NCBI GenBank assembly: GCA_028023455.1
Contig: JAQFVV010000011.1
Span: 1,054,001 to 1,118,000 of the forward strand
Direction: 5' to 3'
Source of the DNA: Epiperipatus broadwayi
Taxonomy: Eukaryota; Animalia; Onychophora
DNA: 64,000 nucleotides
In this document: one piece after another, positions 24,511 to 35,600 of the stretch
Position numbering within the stretch: position 1 is the stretch's first letter
Layout of the letters: each line of letters starts with the position of its first letter
The notes under the pieces: generated by a model
Databases searched by the model: none
Told to the model about the DNA's origin: nothing
Seen by the model: only the letters and a program-made list of their open reading frames with translations
Translations under genes and position numbers: made by a program

Positions 24511-25719
24511 TTAAACATTAATAAGCATTTTGGTGTCTTTTTCACTGCCAATTTTTTTGACCAATGAGATTTCAATTCTGAGCTCTGTAAACCAGTCATG
24601 ACCAATGAGAGGGTTTATGGGGTCATGTACAATATATAGCGGCAAGTTTGAAATGTTGCCTTTATTACTCGTAATTTGAGCTTGGACTACACCCTTAATT
24701 TTTATTTCTTTACCATTTACGTCCAATGCTCTAAGCTTAGTATTGCTAAGCCTAGGGGGCTCTCTTATTTCTGCCCTGATCGAATTCCAGTCGGCTACGG
24801 ATATTAAAGAAATGCTGTTACCGCTGTCTATTTCCATCGACAGGGGTTTTCCATAAACTTTCACAGTAGTAATAAATTTCTGTGCTTGATTTATAACCAT
24901 GTTATTTATAACAATATTACATTTGGTATTATTTATACTTTGTATATTATTTCCTTTAACTTGGTCAACTGTTCTATTTTCACACATTCTCGCCATGTGA
25001 CCTATTTTTTTACACAGTCTACATTGATCGTGTTTGAAATAGCAATCTTTAGCTATATGACCTAGTTTTCCACAACAATAGCACTTTGTCCGACTTTTAT
25101 TTGTCTGTTTAATAGTTTTGTTATTGACAGACCTTTGTTGAGTTTTTCAACACCAAATATTCCTGTTTGATCGCTATGAACGCCTTTTTTCAAAGCAAAT
25201 TCTTTTGCTTGCTCCACCACTATTTCGTGAGCGATACTGCGTTTGATAGCTTCACGATAATTTGTCTTTATCAGCCAGTAACTGCTGCCTCAAACTGTCG
25301 CTATTCATTCCTTATAGGAATTGTTCCAGTAGCGCTTCTTCTAAATATGAATCATAACAGCAGTTTTTTGCGAATTTGCATAGGGCTGAGTCGTAATCCT
25401 GCGTATTTTTGTTTCCGCCTTGATGGCGATTTCGAAAATGAAGTCTGGCGATGTGCCTAGACGAGCGAGGATTAAAATAATTTGACAAACGATCTTTTAA
25501 CTCATTGTAGGTTAATTTTTCAGGAGTGTTGGGTTCTGCTAATCTGTTAGCTATTTGTATGACCCCTTTTCCTGCAAAACATAATAATGTCACTGTTTTA
25601 TACGCATCTTCCTCTACTCTGTTAATAAAACAGTAATTTTCAATCTGTTGAACGTACAGGGGCCACTCATTTGCCTCTCTGACGTCAAACTCGGATATTG
25701 TCGATTGCATTTTAAGCAA
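24511..25719 (-). pseudogene. gypsy gag-protease (interrupted)
   Basis: Gag N-terminus EFDVREANEWPLYVQQIENY...LKDRLSNYFNP; two CCHC knuckles CYCCGKLGHIAKDC and CRLCKKIGHMARMC (about 24980-25085); aspartic protease MEIDSG (24820-24837). In-frame stops. Confidence 0.88.
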
Positions 25720-25838
25720 TTTATATAACTAACTCATTTAATACCATAGGTTCGTTCGCTACTTCAATAATTCTGCCTGACTTATTTGGTTGTCAGCAGA
25801 CTGCTAGGGTTCAAATTGAACTGTTATGACTGCACCAG

Positions 25839-26545
25839 TGCAATATCCAGTACTAGTCGGATATATACATGTTTCGAGTGAGATTTATCACACTCAACAG
25901 TGACAAGTAATTATATAATTAAACACAAAAACATGGTAGTGGAGTTAATAGGTTTATATACATAAATATATATACAAGGATCAATATATAATACAATTAT
26001 TACAAAGATAAACTGACTAATACATTATTATACAACTCTAGTCTTAAAGGCCCGCAGGCTTACAATAAATAATATTAAAGTCTATACGACCTGTAATGGT
26101 CTCTAGGTCTACCTTAGTACATTCAGAGGTAGACCTCTCTGCGAGACGAGCTGAAAGTGAAATAGTTTTCTGTGCACTCAGGAAAACGGATCCATCCCTC
26201 AACTTCACCTAGCAAGTCTGACCTTGTTTGTTCCCGCCGTCCTGGATGTAACACTCTCTATTTCCATTGGTCATCCCATGACACGAGGTACAACGTGGTC
26301 AGTTTGGTTATCTCTGACCAACCTTAATCGTTACTGTGATGCTTTTAGCATACACGCACTTACTTGAATATTTGTAATAGTTACATTATTATTGCGTGTA
26401 TCTGTTAATAAGCATACACACACATACTTGTATTCATTTGTAATAGTTACATTATTATTACGTGTATCTGTTAATACACACACATACATGGAGTTAATAG
26501 AGTTATTATTATTGCGTGTATATGTGAATACACACACACATAGCA
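25839..26545 (-). repeat. Putative 5' LTR (about 707 bp) with internal 60-66 bp tandem repeats at 26374-26540
   Basis: TG...CA ends with imperfect terminal inverted repeats and a PBS-like TGG 1 nt downstream. No second LTR in the window to confirm. Confidence 0.6.
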
Positions 26546-26672
26546 AGATTTTAAATATTTTCTCTTACCGCACTTATTAAATAAGAGCGTTTGAGCTATT
26601 GGTATATCCCTATATTACATATTTGTGAATACAAGCTTTTTAAAAGGAATGTCACATTATATATGACTTGCT
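26546..26672 (+). repeat. Family D 3' fragment abutting the gypsy LTR
   Basis: Matches 9055-9182 starting exactly at AGATTTTAAATATTTTCTC; the HHR-bearing part is missing at the LTR junction. Confidence 0.7.
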
Positions 26673-28719
26673 TTATTGATTATTATAATTTGTTTTATAA
26701 ACTTCCATCTTTTCTTATTTCAGATTATTCAAAATAATTTGGAGGCATCAACAAAAAAACTTTGCACCAGGGTAACATAAAATCATATAAAGGTCCTGCT
26801 TGGAAAGACAGTCATCCTGCAGAATATTGATAACTAATAACAATGATTATCATAGTCTATTTGAAATAAATATGTGCATACATATTATTATTATTATAGG
26901 TGTTGGTAATTTCATCATTTGATTTTTATCTTATTACATGCTCACAAAAATTATTATGTACAGTACATATCTTTCTGAATCTGCGACTGTTTGTAGACAA
27001 AATTGCATTTAGATAATCTTCGTAATGTCAATGAGATTTCCTATGAAACCAAGCTCAAATTCACTATATTTTCAGGAAGTCTTGTATTCTTGATTCCATA
27101 TCCAGTGTCTTTGAAATCTTTCTAATGTAAATGACATCAGCTTCACCCATGAAAACAAAATGGCTTATTATTTCAAGTCACTCATTAAAATTTATGATCT
27201 AGGTGTAAACATTGCAATTGTTAGACTAATTTGGGGCAAGTAATAGCAATCACTGCCAATAATAATCAGTGTTTCTATAATATCCTGTTGTCTTATTACT
27301 TAATATGTCTTGAGATAGAAAACAACATACATATTAAGTGAAAAAATAGTAAAACTAATAAGACTGATATTACTGCTTTTCAAGTGGAGTTCATGGGAGG
27401 ATTAGTATTCAACTTGACCTATTAAATAATAATGTTTTATTTAAATCGGGTTAATTATTTGGTCGTAGTTAATTTAATCTATCCTCGGACAACTAGCTTA
27501 ACGTGCATATTTTAAGATGTCCGTTTATTTTAAAAAGATATAGAGTTAATAACATTTTGATTTCATAGTAATCATAATTAAAACTACCACAATTGTTGAT
27601 TTTTTAAAGAAATACACATTTTTATAATATCATTTGCAATTCTTATAATAAAAGCATTCGTAAATTTTTATTAAAAAGGAAATATTACAAATATGAATGG
27701 AATCCTTCCATTTACAGGAAACATTCCAGTCATGCCGAAGAATCTAATCACGTGATTCTCATTATTTTAATTTGCTGATTTTTTAAAATTTTATAATTCA
27801 TAGATGCTTGTTTTTTTCTTCTTATTAACAGTTTTAAAAATGTTAGTGTAATTAAAAATAAAACAAGTGTCAATTCAAATAAAATATTTCAAGTTCTGAA
27901 AGTTTTAAAAAATAATCCACTGATAATTGCGAAGGCAGATTGTCCATATAATGAGATTTAATTGCGTAAAAAATAATTTTTTGGCTAACAGTTTATTAAA
28001 TTACATAAATGTTAAAGTATGTGTATGTATAATATGTACTACATATACACATTGATACGCAAAAAAAAGAAGTAGCAGTTAAGACAGTAGGTTATTACAA
28101 TACTACGGTATATGACAAAATCAGTAGATATTCGTCAAAATAACAATAATGTATGTGATACTATGCATTTAATAATATGATGTAAGCCACCTTTTATATT
28201 AAATCTGTTTAAATTTTATATAGACTGGGATTATATAACATCTGAATAATCTTTAGAAGAAAATGGCCTGTTCTTATAGAAAAAAAACTAAAGTTTTTCC
28301 AGAGATGTCAATTGAAGATAAATGATCTTCATTCACTAAGACTGACCTCAGAAGCTTGACAATATTTCAAAAAATGATTGAGAAAAATATGGAAATGGTG
28401 TAATATTATTACGTTTTTCAAGCTAAATTTGAATACATGGGTATGTTGTCTGGCCTGCAGCAGCAAATTAATAAGTTCTATCACAGTTGGTCTTTTCAAC
28501 TGCAGATCAGGCAAGCAATAATTTGTCAATTAAATACCATAACTACATTATTTCTAAAAAATATATATTGTAACTATCAAAAGTTCGTGCTAACGACAAT
28601 AATAAGGATTCTCGCAGGGATTTTAAATGTGCACGCAAACTAATGCATCGATATATAATAAATAATAATTATTAATTAACTATTCTTTCTTTCATTAATT
28701 TATAGTTGAATATTTTTAG

Positions 28720-29062
28720 TGTTGGCAGTATCAAAACTATAATCCCTTTCAATGAAATGGAAGGCTGAAGAGTTGTGGGTTGAAGTAGTTTAAAACTTAT
28801 CCATTAAAGTATGAACATTGGCTATCTTAATATAAAGCTGAGTACTGATTATATACGTGTGTGGAGATAGTAATCTGTTTAACTGATGAGTGCTGGTTTA
28901 GCATGAAATATGTATATTGGTGATTATTTATCTTTTCAACATGTGTGTGGTCAGGTGGGTCAGCAATATGAGATGGCACTGAGAGTTGTGGGGCGTGTGA
29001 AAGTCTGAGTTTGAATCCTGCATATATTACATATATAAATGCAGGTGTAAGCCTGTACAATG
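28720..29062 (+). mobile_element. Family A copy A2 (longest)
   Basis: Upstream part homologous to the reverse complement of 55400-55530; HHR; A-box-like TGGTCAGGTGG (28948-28958); B-box-like GAGTTTGAATCC (29007-29018); 3' end GCCTGTACAATG. Confidence 0.85.
28870..28928 (+). ncRNA. Type I hammerhead ribozyme, core intact
   Basis: CUGAUGA 28883-28889, stem II GUGCUG-GUU-UAGCAU, GAAA 28905-28908, stem III AUAUGUAU, predicted cleavage after A28916. Stem I is UUAA/UUGG plus distal UAAUC/GAUUA with a bulge. Confidence 0.75.
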
Positions 29063-29514
29063 TGTTAATTATAAAACAAATTAAATTACTACATTATAAA
29101 ATTAAAAAAAAAAAAAAGAATGTCATGTAACCATAGATTACCAATTATGTGATGATGCAAAAACACAAAAGTCAAAGTAATTCAATAAATATAAATAAGC
29201 TTCATTTATAAACGGACAATAATATTAATTAAGGTTATCAATAAAAATAAAATCAGATATTTTCTTAGACTTTTATACATATAAAAACTAATAACCAAAC
29301 TAATCATGTTTAATGTGTGTGGTCGTAGTTTTATGCGTTGTTAAGACAAGCTATATTTTAAAGAAAGGTTCTTTAAAATAGCATCAAATGAAGTTTTTAA
29401 ATAGAATTATTACATATTTAAAATATTTCGTTTTAACTGATCTTTATTCACCATTATGTCATCAGTCTTTAGACTTTGTGTGCTTCTTTCATATAATTAT
29501 TATAATCATTTTAT

Positions 29515-29863
29515 GTAATTAGAAGGGTTTGAATTCAAACTTTCAAGTTCCCTACTGCTATTCACTCCATCTTACACTACCAATACACCTGACCACATAC
29601 ATGTGAAAAAGATTAATAATCTCCAATATATATATTTTGCTGAACCAACCCTCATCAGTTGGTCCAGATCATCATCTGATGAATGCTAGTTCAGCACAGA
29701 ATATACGTAATTGAGATTATTTATCTTTTCCACTTGTATGTGATCATATGTATTGACTGTATAAGGTAGAGTGGTTAGATGTAGAGAGCTTGAAAGTCTG
29801 AGTTCAAATCCCTTCTAATTACATTAAGTTTAATATAGACAATTTACTTGTATTTATATATTG
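29515..29863. mobile_element. Family A head-to-head inverted insertion
   Basis: Minus arm 29515-29672, plus arm 29676-29863; 12-bp direct repeat TAATCATTTTAT at 29503-29514 and 29864-29875. Confidence 0.8.
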
Positions 29864-31059
29864 TAATCATTTTATTATATTCTCATAAGTGCAACTACCC
29901 TATATGTGTAACTCTATAGAATACAGAATGCCTACCAGGCTAAAAATATAAATCACAAGGAAGTTTCCTTTACTGAATAATTCTACAACATTACACCAAA
30001 GAACTCATTGCCATGGGGACCAAAAATATTTCTAGAGATAATTATCTTTAAACTTCAATTATTCAAAAATATGATTCTAAAGGACACACTTATGAAACAT
30101 TACATCAATGCTTCCAAAACAACGTAGGATAACGAGAAACAACTCTATTTTTTAATTTCTACCATTAAAATATTTAATAATCTCTCAATGCAGTACAGAT
30201 TGGAATTATTATCATAAAAATCAATAGAACATAGCAATATGTATATATTATAATTATAATTATTAATCTTAGCTAAAAAAATATTTAACAAACAGCCTTA
30301 CTCTAACAACAAACATGCACACACATAAATAATATAATAATTTAAATATAATTATAAATTTTAATAGTCAAATAACTGCACATCCGAGTTTCTGATTCCC
30401 ATTCTTCTATTAACTTATTATGAGAATTTTATATTAATAGCAACAAGATAAATAATAATAATAGTAATAAAATATATATCCTATAAACTAAGGTTCTTTA
30501 AAAGTCCTTGACTTTTCATGAAGATAAAATTCTGATGCTTCTATTCAGAGATTTTATGTTGATACTAATATTCTAATCCTTTGACACTTCTATTTTGTGG
30601 AAATTTTAAAAACAATGCTATTATTTACTTTTAAAATGAAACCATTTATGCAGACATGTTACACAATATGTTATATCCAAAATAGATTATTTTTCTCCTT
30701 TTATATTCTAGAAAATTAACAGTATTTTCCCAGACAATTTGACAGATTTGAAATTTCAAAAACATTTTAATTTCATTATTTTGTGCAATCTTATTTGTCA
30801 TGAAGTTTCATATGTGTTGCTTATTCATTTGAAAAATCCAAAAAGAGCCATTTTCCCAAAGGAAAATGCTTTGTAAAAAGCTTTCTGGTTTTAAATTTTA
30901 AAATGACTATCTAATAAAGCTATTTATATATATAGAAAGTTAAAGTTAAGCAGGCAAATCTAGGTAAAGCTAAGAGAGAACAATTGGTCTAATGCTGTCT
31001 TATTTATAGGGTTTTATTAATGTTATAAATTGTCATCATTGATTTGTCCAGTATTTGCT

Positions 31060-31790
31060 TAATTTTAAGTCATAATATTGTATACTTGCTTAATTTTAAA
31101 TCCTAGAATCCCATAATTTATTTCAGACATCCAATCCAATGACAACATTATTGCAAATATAAAACACTACACTACATTGTATGGGGAAAACATTATAAAA
31201 TTCATTTTGCATAAAACTAAAAATAAAGTTTGTTCATATATTATACTATTAATAATTAATTTTAAATTGTATACTATATTAGCTAAAGTATTCTGTCAAT
31301 TAATTTTGAATTAAACTTTTCAGTCAAATTAAATTGCTATCATCGTAAATCTAAAGTATTTTCAGTACCAAAGAGTGGAGGATATGAAATGATTTCATGA
31401 ATTATGAAATTAATAATCAACTTTATATGATAAAAAGTTATTAAATCTAAGTTAAAAATAATATTTACTTGTTAGATATTAAATCATAATCTCATAATTT
31501 ATTTCAGACATAGCCAAGATAATGGTAATATTACAAACTTAAAAAAGTATAGCATCAATATATATATAAATTTCATTCAATATAAAGTTAAAAATAAATT
31601 TTGGTCATATATTATTAATAATTAATTTTAAATTATACACTGTATACATATTAACTAAAATATTTATGAATGCTAATTTCAGTCAAATCAAAACTGCTAT
31701 TATTGTAAACATATTTTTGGTATTAAAAAAAGGAGGGAGATGATTCCATGCATTATGCATTTAATAATAAATTTTGTATATAATGCAAGA
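31060..31790. repeat. Diverged two-copy tandem duplication, period about 381 bp
   Basis: CATAATTTATTTCAGACAT at 31112 and 31493; further shared blocks TCATATATTAT, TTAATTTTAAATT and TTTCAGTCAAAT. Confidence 0.7.
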
Positions 31791-32538
31791 CAAATAAATT
31801 GAAGAAGTTTCTAAATGATTTGTATTTTGCCATTATAATTTACTATATTATTCAAAATTTTGCTAAGTCATTTCAAGAAAATGGCTAGTATGTGTAATAA
31901 AATATGAGATCTCATGTCATAAAAAAAAGTCCACAGCTAGCGTATTCATATAGGAAATGCTGTTTATTTAGACTGCATAGTACATATTGTAAAAAAACCA
32001 AAAACTCTTAAATATTGATTATCATATGTAAATATAGAATGCATCAGATGTATATTTTCTTTTTTAATATGTCAGAATTTTTATTTTTTCAAAGTTAATT
32101 GCAAGATTAGGTTTTGGTAGTTGTATAATTTGGTCATTCTTTCACTGTTGATAAATGACAAGTCTTTATGGTCACAACAGCACAGTTAAATGAGATGTTA
32201 CTAAACATTATTTTTTAAATTCTAAACAATTTCACATAAATAATATAAGAGTACAAATTAAAAAAACAACAACTTCAGTATGGGTTTATTCTAGTATAAT
32301 GATTAATAATTTTGTGAAAAACAAAAAATTGTCAAGTGCGAGCTTTCCCATTCTAAGTCCATTTTTCTGAATATTTGTACAATGAAACACACTTTTTTTA
32401 ATATTAAATTTAAAAAAATATATTTATAGGTATATACATTTTTAATTGCAATCATATTAGCACCTAATACTACTGAATATCCCATTATTTCTTCAACCTA
32501 TGAATCTAAGAATCACCACAACCTTCAAAATGTATTAA

Positions 32539-32652
32539 CTTTCTTTTTTTTTTCCATGTGTCAAAGCATCGGCTGGAAAGCAAACCCACAAACCAAGGAC
32601 AACTGCTTGTAAGGCAGATATGCTGACCACTCAACCACCAATGCTTGACAAA
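32539..32652 (-). mobile_element. tRNA-derived poly(A) SINE (family E), diverged
   Basis: Homologous to 41653-41770; 12-bp TSD AAAATGTATTAA (32527-32538, 32653-32664). Confidence 0.8.
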
Positions 32653-35600
32653 AAAATGTATTAATGTTAACAACTAATGCAGCATTTTGTCAACATTTTG
32701 GATAAAGAAGCCAAAAAGAAATTACGATGAAAATATTGAAGAGCTTTTGCAATCACACATAAAAGAATTAACTAACAAGAAATTTAATACAACTGAATGA
32801 AGAAAAGGAAATTAACAAACCTATAGGGAAAAAATCTGGTCATCAAAAAACTGAAAGAATTGATTTTAAATCACAAGACCATGAACTGCACTTCTGAAGA
32901 ATTTGATCCTGAATTAGAATGCTCTATCAAATATAAAATTGAAACAGGCAAAACTCACTATACGTATTTCCACTCGAAATGGTGATCATGTGATGTTTAT
33001 TGGCTTAAATATAAAATTGCCATAAATCAACAAATTAAACCATATAATATATTGTATGAAAAGAAAATCAAAGAACCAATCCAACTATTTATTCTAATCC
33101 TTTTTTGTAGAGAACCTCAGCCAGTAACATCTGGTATACCTCTTTCAAACAAACAAACAAACAAACAAAAAAACAATTTCATCAAAGGATTTAAAAGATG
33201 GACCCTTAGAATGAGCAACTGATGGCTCAGCAAACTGGATGATAATGAGTGCTGAATGGATGGATTATAAAATAGAACAACTTTAAGCAAGTATTTTTTT
33301 TATATATAGAATTAAATTGCTTTATTTTACATACATACATAATTTAAGTGTATATTTGCATAATACATTCACAGCACAATGTACACATACATATATTGTA
33401 CATTAGGAGTTTTTTTAAATTATTATAGGCCAAGTTGTCTATTAATAAAATATTCACAGTTTATAGCATAATTTTTGTCTGCTAGGATGATCTAAATTTT
33501 TCCCCATAGAAAGCTATTATAATCCCTTACTTTTTATATGATCTTCTTGCTTTATGATGAGTTTTGAAAATCATTTCTTGCTAAGCAGGGTAAAGATGTA
33601 ATTACGATAGTCGTATGCATTGAATTAAGTTATAATCATATGCATTAATTTAAGCTACAATTATACATATAAAGTAAAACTAATAATATACATAAGATAA
33701 ATACATTTACTTATAGATTTTTAAAAGAATACATCTTTGATGATTAAATTTCCTCATGTACAAAAAAATGCTTGTTATATAAATCAATGAATACATTTCT
33801 TTATATAAATGAATAAATAGTAAAACTTTGTAAGTTATTACTTATATTCAAATGCTAAGTTTTACTGGAAGGATTACAAAAGTAATAATTTGGGTGGAGG
33901 TTGCCTTGAACTCTCAAGTATTCCTAATTAAATTGACAACCCTTAGTATTAATTTGATCAAATTTATCTTATTCTTTATTATAATTTCTGAAATTTCTGA
34001 TTATTTGTTATAAATATAGGTTTACAAATGAAAGTTATTCTTAAAAATATTATTCCAACTAGTAAATATAAAATAAATAGGTAAAGTGAAGTGTATAAGT
34101 GAAATAAGTAATCAGAACAATAAACTTATTTCTTATTGGATGATTTCTGCATTGCTAACAAAAATATTAAATTAAAAAATTTTGATTTGTTTTAATTCAG
34201 TTTGTAAAACTTATTGTTTAGGTTACTTCAAGTAAACAAAATTGTATTTTAAAAATGTACTTCTAATTATTAAAAAATGTCAACCCTCTCTCCATCCTGC
34301 TATGTTCAATATGATTGCTTTCGTTTTTTAGGTAATTACAAGTTGCAGTTGTACATTATTGTTTCTCATGACTTGTCTTATTCTGAAATTAAATGTTTTT
34401 GAATAAAATCTGAATTTGGTTATATTATTCTTCTAAAATATAAATATTATACAATCATTTTGGAAAAATAATCATAAATATGTAAACAAATTACATAAAA
34501 TATATGTTTTGTTTTTGAAATCTAAACAAAAGCATATATCTATCAAAAGTATTCACAAGCATTCTTATGCAGAGATAACAAAAATGCTCAATCAATGATA
34601 TTATCAGATCATTTAGATTTTCTTTTAAATTAATAAATCAATATTGTTGCAGTTCCAGTTTTTGCCATCAAAAGAAAGCAAAAGCAGCAAATGAATGCTG
34701 AAGACAATTTTAAAAAAATAAGCAATTAGCTGTGCTATCACATGCTCCAAAGAGCCCCTATAGTTGCTATTAAACAGGTTGATGTTCCTTATATCTATTT
34801 TCTCACTTTGGGAATTAAATATCTTCCATTTTTGTTCTTTTTTTTTATTCATAATGATAGAGATAAATTATAATACAGTTTTAAAGTAAAGATAAGGAGT
34901 TTTCTTACAGTTATTCTTCTCTGGGATAACCTATCAAAATTAGTAGTGTTTCTCACATAACACACAGATTACATTGTTTTTTAATTATGCCAAGGCCTTT
35001 CCTGAATTAAAAAAATCCACTGTTCTACTTATTTTTTTGTTTTCTCATTTCCCTTATAGTGCTACTTTTAGGACATGCCAATTTTTCCATTCTGCATCTG
35101 AAGAATTTTTATTTTATGTAGACTTTAAAATTCTCTGGAGTTTTCAGTTTCACTTAATCTGTGATGAATATTTTATATATATATATATATTGCCAGCTGG
35201 ATTAAATGATTGAGTAATTTTATATGCTTTGCTGAAACAGTCATCAAATTCGATGATTGTTTTGGTATACGCCATTCCATTATTTTTTGTTTTCTTTTCA
35301 TCTGCTGGGCTCTTAGCTAAAGAATTATCTGTGATATAGATGCTTTCTCAAAATTTTTGTGAATTATGGTGGCAATGATCAGTGTATCTTTTTAATCATA
35401 TTTTGTATTCTGTCTGCACTGCCACTATCTCTCTGAACATATATTTTAATATGGTTCCTTCAATTTATATTTTGCATAAAACATCTCTAATACAGATTTA
35501 TCTTTTCATCTATTTTTAATTTGTTTTGCTTAGGAATTATTCTCTTTGAATACACCTCATTTGGGATTAGCATGGCTATCTGTCTTATAGAGGATTTTTT

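Larger units (their letters stand above)
24511..26545 (-). mobile_element. Ty3/gypsy LTR retrotransposon 5' fragment (LTR-PBS-gag-protease), truncated before RT
   Basis: LTR TGCTAT...ATTGCA, followed after 1 nt by a TGGTGCAG PBS-like site; gag and protease motifs downstream. Confidence 0.85.
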
